Assembly (NCBI GenBank): GCA_964450135.1
Contig: CAYVCF010000003.1
Span: forward strand, 1 to 33,884
Length of the DNA stretch: 33,884 nucleotides
Direction: 5' to 3'
From: Candidatus Woesearchaeota archaeon
Lineage (GTDB): Archaea > Nanobdellota > Nanobdellia > Pacearchaeales > GW2011-AR1
Shown here piece by piece: positions 17,528 through 26,813 of the stretch (the stretch's first letter is position 1; each line of letters opens with the position of its first letter). The notes beneath the pieces were generated by a model. That model was given only the letters and a program-made list of their open reading frames with translations. It did not search any database and was not told the DNA's origin. The position numbers and the translations under genes were made by a program.

Positions 17528-18136
17528 ATGATTAAGGAAAAAGCATTTCAGATTGTAAAAGATTTGGAGTTTGATAAAGAAAAGATTATTTTCAAAAAGG
17601 AGAATTTAGAGATTTATATTTATCGTCATTCAAAACTTTCTAAAAGATTTAAAGATTATGATTTAAATAAAAATTTTCAGGTTTGGTTAAAAGATGGCGA
17701 AAGAAGGTTTAGACCAAATCATCTTAGAGTTATGATTGATTTAAATTTACGAATAAGGAGCAGACCAGAATTAAAGAAAAATTTGCTTTTATCATTTGAT
17801 AATATTTTTTATGGGAAAGATCCAGAGAAAGAATTGCAAGAATTAGAAAAAGAAAAATTTGAACATTTTTTGAATCCTCTTATTATAACTGGAATTTTAT
17901 TTCAATTATTTGTTATAGAACAAGAATATGGATATGCTCGCGAGAGTAAATTTGAACCAGCTACTTTATTTTTGCATGGATGGGTTAGAGAATTTATTGA
18001 TAGCCCAAAAGAAATTGATAATCTTTGTATGAGTGTTGCTAAAGGACAGCCCCCAAAAGCAAAATATGTTTCATTAGAGAATAAAAAAGATAAGAAATAC
18101 GACGATAATCTTAAACCTCTTTGGTATTTGGATTAA
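17528..18136 (+). CDS. Hypothetical protein, candidate type II restriction endonuclease partner of the adjacent methyltransferase
   Basis: 202-aa ORF convergent with the MTase, with stops 1 nt apart. I cannot see a clear PD-(D/E)xK or HNH motif, so the call rests on context only. Confidence 0.35.
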   Translation: MIKEKAFQIVKDLEFDKEKIIFKKENLEIYIYRHSKLSKRFKDYDLNKNFQVWLKDGERRFRPNHLRVMIDLNLRIRSRPELKKNLLLSFDNIFYGKDPEKELQELEKEKFEHFLNPLIITGILFQLFVIEQEYGYARESKFEPATLFLHGWVREFIDSPKEIDNLCMSVAKGQPPKAKYVSLENKKDKKYDDNLKPLWYLD

Positions 18137-18137
18137 T

Positions 18138-18965
18138 TTATCTTTCAAATATTATTTCTGCGTCATCTCCTGAAAGAGTTTTCTGTCCTTTTTGCAATCT
18201 TTTTTTTATTATCTCAATATACTCTTTGCTTATTTCAATTCCAATAGAATTTCTTCCATAATATTTTGCTACTGCAGAAGTTGTTCCGCTTCCGGCAAAA
18301 GGATCCAAAATTAAATTCCCCTCGTCAGAACAGGATAAAATAATTCTTCTCAATAATTCAAAGGGTTTTTGTGTTGGATGTTCTCCTGCCCATTTTTCTT
18401 TTTTAGGAGTTAGAGGAATAACCCAAACATTCCTGCATTGTTTTCCCTTTGGGTTTATTGAATCAAAAATATGCTCTTTTGTAAATGGATAATTAAATTT
18501 CCATTTTGATCCGTCGCCGTTTTTTGTAGCCCAAATTAAATGTTCTGTGCTTTCTGTAAACATTCTGCAACTTATATTCGGTTGAGCATTTGGTTTAAAC
18601 CATACAATACTATTATTTATCTTGATTTCTGGATGAAATTCTTGAATAATAAATCCTATTTGATAGATATTATGAAAACTTCCAGAAATCCATAAACTTC
18701 CGCCATGCTTTAAAATTCTAAAACATTCCGCGACCCATTCTCGATTAAACTTAAAAAAATCATCTTTTGAAAACATATCCCATTCTTGTTGCATTGTAAC
18801 ATGCTTGCTGTATTTCCAGCCCAAGCCATTTTTCTTTGACATGTTATATGGCGGATCAGCGAATATTAAATTAATCGAGTTATCAGGAATTTTTTTTAAT
18901 ACTTCTAAGGAATTTCCATGAATTATTTTATGAGTAGTTTTCATTTTCTTTTTTGTTTGTTCCAA
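18138..18965 (-). CDS. Beta-class N6-adenine/N4-cytosine DNA methyltransferase
   Basis: Motif IV IFADPPYN near the N-terminus and motif I DPFAGSGTT near the C-terminus. DPPY favours m6A. The called start is TTG 18965; ATG 18944 is an alternative. Confidence 0.88.
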   Translation of the reverse strand: MEQTKKKMKTTHKIIHGNSLEVLKKIPDNSINLIFADPPYNMSKKNGLGWKYSKHVTMQQEWDMFSKDDFFKFNREWVAECFRILKHGGSLWISGSFHNIYQIGFIIQEFHPEIKINNSIVWFKPNAQPNISCRMFTESTEHLIWATKNGDGSKWKFNYPFTKEHIFDSINPKGKQCRNVWVIPLTPKKEKWAGEHPTQKPFELLRRIILSCSDEGNLILDPFAGSGTTSAVAKYYGRNSIGIEISKEYIEIIKKRLQKGQKTLSGDDAEIIFER

Positions 18966-19078
18966 TAAGGAGATTTACATTTTGGACAAATTATTGGTTT
19001 CTTAGAATTTCTCGGCAACCATTTATGAGAACATCTTTCGCATTTATATCCGCGAAGTTTTAGAATTATTTCCCCCAT
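18941..19078 (-). CDS. 45-aa zinc-ribbon mini-protein overlapping the methyltransferase start (not in ORF track)
   Basis: My translation is MGEIILKLRGYKCERCSHKWLPRNSKKPIICPKCKSPYWNKQKRK, with CxxC...CxxC. The stop tga 18941-18943 overlaps the MTase 5' end. Confidence 0.5.
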   Translation of the reverse strand: MGEIILKLRGYKCERCSHKWLPRNSKKPIICPKCKSPYWNKQKRK

Positions 19079-19171
19079 TTTAATTTTAATAAATTCAAGT
19101 TTATAAATCTTTACTTAGTGAAGTATAACCTTTTGAGTAACAATTATAAATTGTCTTGAAACTTTTTTGTC

Positions 19172-19729
19172 TTAACTGCATTCCAATTTCTGCAAAACTT
19201 TTGCTTCACCGCAAGTCACAAATCTGTTTTTGTTTTTGAATTCTTGAAATCTAAATGGAATTATTTCAATTGAATAAGGATTTGCAAAAGAATAAGGAAC
19301 TTGAAAAATTGCGGTTTTCTCGTCGTTAGATTCTAATGCGTTGTAAAATCTTAGCGAGCCTCCGTGTTGTGTCGCAGAATTTCCAACTCCAGCGAGTTCG
19401 CTTAAAACTTTATTAAAATAATTTGATAAATCTTTTGTTCCTATTTTTTGCTCTTCGCTTTCTGTTACTCTTATAAAATATCCATCAATGTTAAACTTTC
19501 CGCTATTTTTTAAAATAATTTTAATTTCTTTTACGGTCTCTCTATCTGGAATTGGTAAATTTACGCAAGATAATTCTTTAATTAATATGGAGGTCTCTTC
19601 AGGACATTTTAATTCCTCTTCTGGAACATATGACTTCAACCACAAGTAAACACCGACGCTGATTATTATTACAAATAAAATTAAAAGAACATAACCCACG
19701 ATTTCGCTCAATCCTTTTTTATTTATCAA
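19172..19729 (-). CDS. Archaeal type IV pilin-like protein, probable TTG start
   Basis: From TTG 19729 the protein reads (M)INKKGLSEIVGYVLLILFVIIISVGVYLW, a class III signal peptide. The track's 79 extra N-terminal residues are low-complexity and overlap spacer repeats. C-terminal IEIIPF...C...C is as in the other pilins. Confidence 0.7.
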   Translation of the reverse strand: MINKKGLSEIVGYVLLILFVIIISVGVYLWLKSYVPEEELKCPEETSILIKELSCVNLPIPDRETVKEIKIILKNSGKFNIDGYFIRVTESEEQKIGTKDLSNYFNKVLSELAGVGNSATQHGGSLRFYNALESNDEKTAIFQVPYSFANPYSIEIIPFRFQEFKNKNRFVTCGEAKVLQKLECS

Positions 19730-19786
19730 AAAACCTTGTGGGTTTTTACCCCCCACTAAAGTATGGGGTTTGTTTTGGTTTTTTGA

Positions 19787-19850
19787 CACAAAAATTTTGT
19801 TTTCTGTTTTTAATTTTTGTGCAGAGAAAATTCGTCGTGAAATTTTCTCT
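19787..19850. other. Two adjacent perfect 10-bp stem-loops upstream of the pilin-like gene
   Basis: cacaaaaatt (19787-19796) pairs with aatttttgtg (19812-19821). agagaaaatt (19823-19832) pairs with aattttctct (19841-19850), with loop cgtcgtga. Confidence 0.6.
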
Positions 19851-19949
19851 TGTTCCCAAAAAAATACGCGCGTAACTAAACTACAACATAAATGTCGTGG
19901 ATTTTTTTTAGGACTTAAAAAATTTCTGCGGTTCTTTGATTTAAAATTT

Positions 19950-20471
19950 TTATTTTTTAACAACATATTGATTTCCTTTAATTTCCTGAGCGATTATAAA
20001 ATAAAAATTTTCTCCTGGGTTTAATTTAAAATTATAAGAGGTGTCTTTTATTTTTACTTCAATTTCTCCTGAAGCAGACGCGCTGATTCTTTCTTTTTGA
20101 TAGCCCTTTTCGCTAATTATTAAAGTGAACGATGTCTCTGGAATTGTCACAGAAACAGTTCCTGTTTCTAAATCCCTGTAACTCGCAATGTAAACTCCGT
20201 CGGTATTTCCAAAAATAAAATAAATTTCTTTTTCAGTTCCTGCATAAGCAGAATAAAGTCGCGTGAAATTTTCAAGCAAGGTTTCTATATTTTTTCTGTT
20301 GTAAATTCCGTAATCCAAAACCTCTTCGCTTTCAATTCCCAGTTCTTCTTTTAAGCTGTAAATTTTTACATTTTCTGAATTATCAGAATAATTTCTAACA
20401 GCAAAAAAACCTGAGATGATTGAAATTATAATTATCGCAGATAGCAAATATGCTTGTCCTCTTTTTTTCAT
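19950..20471 (-). CDS. Pilin-like protein (KRGQ-type class III signal peptide)
   Basis: MKKRGQAYLLSAIIIISIISGFFAV N-terminus. 173 aa. Confidence 0.6.
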   Translation of the reverse strand: MKKRGQAYLLSAIIIISIISGFFAVRNYSDNSENVKIYSLKEELGIESEEVLDYGIYNRKNIETLLENFTRLYSAYAGTEKEIYFIFGNTDGVYIASYRDLETGTVSVTIPETSFTLIISEKGYQKERISASASGEIEVKIKDTSYNFKLNPGENFYFIIAQEIKGNQYVVKK

Positions 20472-20548
20472 AATTTATTTAAGAGAAAAGGTTTTATTAA
20501 TGTTTTGAAAATTTTTGTATCTAAACTATAAAATTTGATAAATGATTT

Positions 20549-23500
20549 TTATCTTCTCTTCAAAATCAAGACCCCGATAATTAAAATACCGACGATAAAT
20601 ATTCCTGCGATTAAATAATAAATCGCATTGGATTTCTCAACTCCATTTTCACCTTCTCCTGCAAAAATATTTCCTTTAGTTATTTTTACATACAGATCTC
20701 CAAGTCCGGTTAAATTTTTGAAAATATTTTTCTTTCCATTTTTTAATTCTACATTTATTTCAACATTGTCTTGTTTGATTATTTTTCCTGTTGATAAAAT
20801 AGTGTCAATTTTGCTTGTTGTTTTTCCAGTTAATTTTATTGCCTGGTTTTGCAGTTGTTCTTCTGTAATTAAATTTTTCTCTCCTAAAATAATTAAGTTT
20901 CTATTTTCTGGAGAGCTTGGAATATTTTCTAAAATTTCTATTTGCTCGTCAATAAAGTCCCCTTCTGCAAATAAAGATGAAACTCTCAAATTGTAAATTC
21001 CTTTTTTTGTATCTTCAGGAATTTTTAAATATAATCTTTTTGCGATTTTGTCGTCGTCGCTGTCTTTGCCTTCTATTTCAAATGTTTCGCTTTGTGTAGA
21101 AATATTCAAACCAATAATCTCTATTTTTATTTTTCCCTGAACATCATCTTCTCCAATATTTTCCAAGGTGGTTTCTACTGCGATTTCATAGCCCTCATAA
21201 ACAGAGGTCGGAGTGATTTTCACGTCGCTGATAACAACTTTTTCTTCTGGAATTTCAAAATTAATTTTAATATATTCTTCGTTGCAAATTGTTTCATTGT
21301 CTTCATCTTCTGCTTTTACATAAATGTAATAATCATTTTCTTCGTCCAAATCCTCTGGCGTCTGAATTTCAAATTCAATTGTCTCATCTTTTGATGACTT
21401 TAATTTTACATCTTGTTTGAAAGTTTCAATTTCTTTGTCATCGCTTAAATCATAAAGCACGACTTTTAATTTAAATTCTTTTTTCTCATCAAAATTGTTT
21501 TCAATATTTACTTCTCCTTTTATTGTCTCGCCAACTTCAAAGTCGTCTTCGTCGTCGGGATTTTCAATATCTAATGCGATTGTTGAGTCAGGTTGTTCAC
21601 ATGTCTTTATATCTTTGAACCCAGGAATGCATTTTATTGAACAGCACAAATCACAATCTTCTGCTAAAAGATTTACTCCTTTGCAGGTCTCTTTTGATGA
21701 ACAAATAAATCCGTTTTGTTGCGAACAATTTTGTTGCGCCTTTAGGACAAAAGTTGAAAATGTTGGAACATTAAAACTTAATTTTCCTAAAACAGCGTCG
21801 TAACTTATATTTTCGCAAATATTTTCTGGACAAATTTGGTTTACATTATTTTTGTTGAATGTGAAATCATCATTATAATAAATTGTCGGAGTTTTTTTAA
21901 ATCCTAACTTGTAAAAGGTTACTTTTGCTGGAATATTTTTTAGTGCTTGGAAAAAATTTGAATCCACTCCGATTAATCCGTTTAATATTTCTGTATAGCT
22001 GTCTAAATCAACAATGTCATTCATGTCTACGCAATTTAAGAATTCAATTTTTCCGTGAAAAATTCTTTCTAAGATTAAATTTTGAACACAATCTAATTCT
22101 GTTTCATCTAATTCTGAAAAATTTGTTGTTTCTCCGTTGTATTTTTCTGTAATTGGGAATTTACTTCTTACAAGAGTCCAGTTTTTTGAATTATGTAACA
22201 CGTCGTCTTCAATAATAAACATTACATTAAATGTTCCGTTGTTTCCGTTTCCATTATTTGTATACGAATTTGTGTCGCTTACAACCAAAACTCCGTCGAC
22301 AAACCACTTTGTTGTGATTGTTCCTTGAGCATCTGGGTCTGTCCAGTTTACACTAAAGGTTATATCTGAGTCCTCTGTTGTCAAGATTTTTCCTGTTGGT
22401 GAAAATGAATTTATTACTGGCGCGACTGGTTTATTTACGACTTTTATGTTTGCGATTTCTTCATCCCAAAATTCTCCATCTGTAACATTAAAAACAAAAT
22501 TATAATCCCCTGAAGAAACATAATTAATATTCCACTTGAATAATCCAGTTGTTGAATTTAAACTTCCGAAATTTGCGTTTGTGTAATATCTTAATGCGTC
22601 GTGGTTCGTGTCTGTTGCAGTTAATTGTATTGTTAAATTTTCACCTTCATTAATTGTTTTGTCTCCGATAAAACTTAAAACTGGTGCGACATTTTTTTCG
22701 CAGTTTACAATTAATAAATTTTCCAATGTGTTAAAATTTCCGTTGCCTCCATTTTGGAAAGTTCCATTTGCAGAACATTTTTTTTCTGAAGTTACATTAA
22801 CTCTGAATTTTGCTCCAGTGTTAAATCCAATCTGGTCTGATGTATCAAAATATCCGTTTCCTCTTAATGAAGAAAATATTTTTGAATCATCAACAATTCC
22901 TGAATATTTGTAGCCCTTGTTTGTTCCGTCGAGGATTTCAATTGTGAAAGTTGTTCCTGCTGGCGCGACTTCTGTTCCAATATTTATTTTTCCGCGAACA
23001 TAATTTACCATTAAGTCATCTGTTGCATCACTTTGAGTTGGAGGTTGAGAAACATTTCCGTTTGCATAACCTTTTGTATTTTCCAAAAATTGCCAATCCC
23101 CGTCGGTGTTTGTATCAACCCCGTTTGGAATTCTTTGCCAAGTTTTTGAAGTCGCAGTACTTTCTGCAAGAGTTGAAGTTTCGTCAATAAGATTATCAGA
23201 AGAATCTTTTAATGTCACAAATTCATCGGCATTATTTAATTTTGTTGCAGTTAATTCATAGACATAATAAGAATTTGCATTTATTGTGGTAGATAAATTT
23301 TTAATTAAACTCGGAGAAGTTAATCCGTCGTATAATTTCCAATTTGTTAAATTAACCGCAAAACTATTTGGATTATAAAGTTCAACCCATTCGTTACCTG
23401 AGTCGGTTCCAGCAGGATTTGATTCAAATTCATTTATTAAAATTGTTGGGGAAGAAGAGCTAGAAATTGTAATTTGATTTGCTCCTGATATTGCAGGAGT

Positions 23501-23866
23501 TGATGAACCCAAACTTTCAAATCCATAAGTTCCTGAAAATGTGTAAACCCCTGAAGTAGTTAGAGCAGTTAATGTATAAGTGTAGGAAGTTGAAGTTGCT
23601 CCGCTGATTACTATCCATTTTAAGTGTCCTGTTTGGGTCGTATCTCCCCCCCCATTATTATTTATTGTCCATAATGTCGACGGCAAAATTTCATCAATTG
23701 CATAGAATGTGTCTCCTCCACTCACAGCAACATTTAATGTTACAGAAAAACTTTCTCCAGGAGTTAAAGTTGTTTTTGAAAAACTTCTTGTGACACTTGA
23801 AGCACTTGCTAAATTTAGTAAAACAAAACATAAGACAATTGACAAAATTATTTTTTTATTTATCAT
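20549..23866 (-). CDS. Large surface protein: signal peptide, lamin-tail domain (LTD), Ig/cadherin-like repeats, Cys-rich module, acidic CARDB-like repeats, C-terminal TM anchor
   Basis: LTD signature ILINEFESNPAGTDSGNEWVELYNPNSFAVNLTNWKLYD...NNADEFVTLKD. Ig-like repeat PVLSFIGDKTINEGENLTIQLTATDTNHDALRY. C-terminal AIYYLIAGIFIVGILIIGVLILKRR. I prefer ATG 23866 (MINKKIILSIVLCFVLLNLASA), which overlaps the upstream stop (TAATG). Confidence 0.85.
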   Translation of the reverse strand: MINKKIILSIVLCFVLLNLASASSVTRSFSKTTLTPGESFSVTLNVAVSGGDTFYAIDEILPSTLWTINNNGGGDTTQTGHLKWIVISGATSTSYTYTLTALTTSGVYTFSGTYGFESLGSSTPAISGANQITISSSSSPTILINEFESNPAGTDSGNEWVELYNPNSFAVNLTNWKLYDGLTSPSLIKNLSTTINANSYYVYELTATKLNNADEFVTLKDSSDNLIDETSTLAESTATSKTWQRIPNGVDTNTDGDWQFLENTKGYANGNVSQPPTQSDATDDLMVNYVRGKINIGTEVAPAGTTFTIEILDGTNKGYKYSGIVDDSKIFSSLRGNGYFDTSDQIGFNTGAKFRVNVTSEKKCSANGTFQNGGNGNFNTLENLLIVNCEKNVAPVLSFIGDKTINEGENLTIQLTATDTNHDALRYYTNANFGSLNSTTGLFKWNINYVSSGDYNFVFNVTDGEFWDEEIANIKVVNKPVAPVINSFSPTGKILTTEDSDITFSVNWTDPDAQGTITTKWFVDGVLVVSDTNSYTNNGNGNNGTFNVMFIIEDDVLHNSKNWTLVRSKFPITEKYNGETTNFSELDETELDCVQNLILERIFHGKIEFLNCVDMNDIVDLDSYTEILNGLIGVDSNFFQALKNIPAKVTFYKLGFKKTPTIYYNDDFTFNKNNVNQICPENICENISYDAVLGKLSFNVPTFSTFVLKAQQNCSQQNGFICSSKETCKGVNLLAEDCDLCCSIKCIPGFKDIKTCEQPDSTIALDIENPDDEDDFEVGETIKGEVNIENNFDEKKEFKLKVVLYDLSDDKEIETFKQDVKLKSSKDETIEFEIQTPEDLDEENDYYIYVKAEDEDNETICNEEYIKINFEIPEEKVVISDVKITPTSVYEGYEIAVETTLENIGEDDVQGKIKIEIIGLNISTQSETFEIEGKDSDDDKIAKRLYLKIPEDTKKGIYNLRVSSLFAEGDFIDEQIEILENIPSSPENRNLIILGEKNLITEEQLQNQAIKLTGKTTSKIDTILSTGKIIKQDNVEINVELKNGKKNIFKNLTGLGDLYVKITKGNIFAGEGENGVEKSNAIYYLIAGIFIVGILIIGVLILKRR

Positions 23867-24552
23867 TAACACCCCGCTCCTGCTTTCCAAAAGCCAATTG
23901 CATTTAGTAGGTTTGACATTGAGACACTTCCAGATTTCCAACCGCTTATATAATTTAATAATTCAGACATATTTATTTTTCCATCTCCGTCGCTGTCTGC
24001 GTTAGTTGCACAGATGCTTGCCCCGTCGTAAACAACTTCAAGATACGGCGAGTTTATATTATCTGGATTGTACTCTTTTGATGCAAACATTATCAAGTCA
24101 TTTTCTCCATCTTCAATTAAAACAAATGAAACTTGCGAAGTTTGAACATAAAATAAAATATTAAACTCATATCTTCCAGAACTTGTGATTATTTTTGATT
24201 CAACTAAATTTGTTTCGCTTGGTTTGTTGTTCCAATTTATTGATTCTTCATTCCAATTATTATTTGAAACAAAATTTAATTTTGCGATTTCTCCTTGTTC
24301 AGGCATTGCAAAAATTGAAAGTTTTGCAGAAGTAATTGTTTTTCCATTTAACGACGATAAATCAAATTTTAAATAGCTTCTGTCTGTTCCATGACTTAAT
24401 TCGTGTCCGACTCTCAAAGTTGTTTCAGACCCGTAATTTGAATTTGGATTTTCTTTTTCAACATATGCGTCATCTGTTGGATAAATTTTCATTGTTCCTG
24501 CGCTGACGATTTGGCTCATTAATAGTATCATGATTATTATAACTCTTTTCAT
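23866..24552 (-). CDS. Secreted DNRLRE-domain protein with C-terminal dockerin-like repeat
   Basis: PTDDAYVEKENPNSNYGSETTLRVG...RSYLKFDLSSLNGKTITSAKLSIF matches the DNRLRE pattern. C-terminal DSDGDGKINMSELLNYISGWKSG / MSNLLNAIGFWKAG looks like a duplicated dockerin/EF-hand segment. Preferred start is MKRVIIIMILLMSQIVSA at 24552. Confidence 0.7.
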   Translation of the reverse strand: MKRVIIIMILLMSQIVSAGTMKIYPTDDAYVEKENPNSNYGSETTLRVGHELSHGTDRSYLKFDLSSLNGKTITSAKLSIFAMPEQGEIAKLNFVSNNNWNEESINWNNKPSETNLVESKIITSSGRYEFNILFYVQTSQVSFVLIEDGENDLIMFASKEYNPDNINSPYLEVVYDGASICATNADSDGDGKINMSELLNYISGWKSGSVSMSNLLNAIGFWKAGAGC

Positions 24553-24619
24553 TTTAATAATTCCGTTTTTATTTTTTTGGAATTTTAAAAGGCAAAAAAT
24601 ATGAAATATTTTTTTCATT
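24553..24619 (-). promoter_or_regulatory. Conserved upstream/promoter module, copy 1
   Basis: tttaataattc...gaattttaaaaggcaaaaaatat...atttttttcat is nearly identical to 25745-25799. In gene orientation TTTTAAAA lies about 33 nt before the ATG. Confidence 0.5.
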
Positions 24620-25744
24620 TTAGGGCGAGTAACTCCAACTCGCGTCGCTGTTTAATTTAAACCAATATCCTTTTCCTGGCTCTAATTCAAATGTGTTGAA
24701 CCATGTTCCAAAATATTTTGTCGCAACTTGATAACTTCCGTCGCTGTTTCTTTTTGAAACCTCAATTACTTGTGAAGGAAGAGAACTCAATAAAATATTT
24801 TTTGTTGAACTTATTCCGACGAGATTCATTCCCTGAATAAGATTTATTGTTTGTGTTTGCGTGAATCTTTTTCCGTTGATTGTTTGAGTTAAGTTTGCGT
24901 TTGATTCTACAAAATAACCTTTGTTGTTGAAAATTTGATTTGTTGTTGAAAAAGTTAATTCATATTTTTTTACAGAAATTATATTTGGATTTGCAAAAAT
25001 GTCTGCGACAAAATTTGAATTTGGAATTATTGGAAGCGAGATTAAATTTTGTCCTTTTTTTAATTCTACTTCAAAAGAACTTTCTCCTGAAAGCCATTTT
25101 AAAGATTTTTTAAACAATTCTTTGCTTTCATTTGTCCATTGATCAGCGTCGGCAATTCCAAAAAAAACCGTGTCTGCATTTACATTTGTCGAAGGATAAC
25201 CTGCTTTTGTTAAAGTTGTCCCTGCTTCAGCAACTCCGATAACAACATCGCCGTCTCCTAATTTAGACGCAAGAGTGTGAATTCCGTTGTATTTATTATA
25301 ACTCGCTAAATAATAAACATCTGCGTCTTTTGTTCTGTAAATCTGAACATCGTTGCCTGTCAACCAACTTGTGATTGAATGAGTTAAATCTATTGCCACA
25401 TGGAATGGAACATTTTGTCGTGATTTTGAAATAGCAAGAGTCCAGCCCCATTCGTCTAAATTATTTCCGTCAAGAATTAATGCGGGCTGATTATTTACTG
25501 GAATTAAATTCCAATGTGGGAAATCCTCGTCGTTGAGAACTAAAATTTTATATTGCGAGAGATTCATTGTTGTGAGATTTGCATCATAAATTATTTTGTA
25601 AGAAAATCCTGCTTCTTGAATTGCACTGACAACTTCTGGTTTTAGTTGATAGCTATAATGAACAACATAAGCAACATCTTCTGCTAAGACCAAATTTGCG
25701 AATAAGATTATTCCTATTATGATGACGAATATTTTGTTTTTCAT
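24620..25744 (-). CDS. Secreted hypothetical protein (signal peptide; C-terminal NLISLP...GKGYWF beta-sandwich-like module)
   Basis: 374-aa ORF with N-terminal MKNKIFVIIIGIILFANLVLA. No confident family. Confidence 0.65.
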   Translation of the reverse strand: MKNKIFVIIIGIILFANLVLAEDVAYVVHYSYQLKPEVVSAIQEAGFSYKIIYDANLTTMNLSQYKILVLNDEDFPHWNLIPVNNQPALILDGNNLDEWGWTLAISKSRQNVPFHVAIDLTHSITSWLTGNDVQIYRTKDADVYYLASYNKYNGIHTLASKLGDGDVVIGVAEAGTTLTKAGYPSTNVNADTVFFGIADADQWTNESKELFKKSLKWLSGESSFEVELKKGQNLISLPIIPNSNFVADIFANPNIISVKKYELTFSTTNQIFNNKGYFVESNANLTQTINGKRFTQTQTINLIQGMNLVGISSTKNILLSSLPSQVIEVSKRNSDGSYQVATKYFGTWFNTFELEPGKGYWFKLNSDASWSYSP

Positions 25745-25799
25745 TTTAATAATTCTTCCTTGCCTTTGAATTTTAAAAGGTAAAAAATATTTATTTTTT
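25745..25799 (-). promoter_or_regulatory. Conserved upstream/promoter module, copy 2
   Basis: tttaataattc...gaattttaaaaggtaaaaaatat...ttattttttt matches 24553-24619. Confidence 0.5.
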
Positions 25800-26297
25800 T
25801 CATTTTTTTCTAAGCATTATTAATATTGAGATTATAATTAAAACTCCGACAATTCCTAAGAGGATTGGGAGAAAAACATTTTCTGATTTTTTTTCAACAG
25901 GATTTACAATTACAACTAAGTCCTGAGCAACAGAAATGTCTGCGTTTGTGGTTGGGTCCTTGAAAGTCACTAAAACATCTCCGCTGTAATATCCTTCTTT
26001 GTCGATTTTAATATTGTAAAAAATTTCTTTTGTCTCGCCTTCTTTTAAGACAAATTCTTTTTGTCTAATTGTTACTCGGTCTGTCCAATTTCCTGTGGGA
26101 GTAACTAACACATTTACATCATAATCATTTTCGTTGTTTGCAATCACGCTGTTTTCAAATTCCAAAATTTTTCCTTCTGAAATATTTTTATATAAAACCA
26201 TTCTTGGCTTGTCAATTGACGCTGTCAGCGACGACGAAATCAACGAACTAAAAAATACAATCAAAATCAAACTTATGAAGATTTCTCTTTTTTTCAT
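25800..26297 (-). CDS. Surface protein with signal peptide, one beta-sandwich-like domain and C-terminal TM anchor
   Basis: 165 aa. N-terminal hydrophobic signal. C-terminal LPILLGIVGVLIIISILIMLRKK. Confidence 0.65.
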   Translation of the reverse strand: MKKREIFISLILIVFFSSLISSSLTASIDKPRMVLYKNISEGKILEFENSVIANNENDYDVNVLVTPTGNWTDRVTIRQKEFVLKEGETKEIFYNIKIDKEGYYSGDVLVTFKDPTTNADISVAQDLVVIVNPVEKKSENVFLPILLGIVGVLIIISILIMLRKK

Positions 26298-26438
26298 ATT
26301 ATTCTCGGTAGTGATTTATTTATAAGGATTATTATCTTGGAAAAACTATTTTGCAATATCCTCTATTATAGTCAATGACATTTCAAATTGAGATTCTATG
26401 TCTTGACTATTTAGGAAATGTAAAACATTTATCATTTA

Positions 26439-26813
26439 CTATACTACAAACCTGATTAAGTATACAGATAAAAAAATCATAAAAACAAAACTAAAACTTA
26501 AAATCAAATTTAATTTTGGAGTTTTTGTTTCAACAGGGGCTAATTTTATTTCTTGCAATTGAATTGGTTCTTGATTGAAAAATTTGGTTTGCAGAATTTC
26601 ATAATTTTTATTATCTGAATTTCTATTTTCTAAGTTTGTAAAAGTTGTTTCTTCTGAATTTTGTTCTTGAGAATTATTTTGAGAGTTTTCTGGACAGGTT
26701 TCTCCTACGCAAATATTAACCCCAATTCCTCCGCCCAAACCAAAACTTTCCGCTCTTAAAATTCCGAGAATAATTATTAAAAATAAAACTGCTACGATTA
26801 ATCTCTTTTTCAT
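26439..26813 (-). CDS. Small secreted/membrane protein (signal peptide, N/Q/E-rich middle, C-terminal TM)
   Basis: Preferred start is MKKRLIVAVLFLIIILG at 26813, in an attaaaATG context like the neighbouring genes. The mature end begins ESFGLGGGIGVNICVGETC. Confidence 0.55.
   Translation of the reverse strand: MKKRLIVAVLFLIIILGILRAESFGLGGGIGVNICVGETCPENSQNNSQEQNSEETTFTNLENRNSDNKNYEILQTKFFNQEPIQLQEIKLAPVETKTPKLNLILSFSFVFMIFLSVYLIRFVV

Noticed and set aside
19730-19966. 79-residue N-terminal extension of the pilin-like ORF as called in the track
   Set aside because: The extension is low-complexity and covers two perfect stem-loops and spacer repeats. A TTG at 19729 gives a canonical class III signal peptide directly at the N-terminus.
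23867-23941. 25-residue N-terminal extension of the LTD protein, and similarly 24553-24618 for the DNRLRE protein
   Set aside because: The internal ATGs give canonical signal peptides. One forms a TAATG overlap with the upstream stop. The other extension lies within the conserved promoter-like module.
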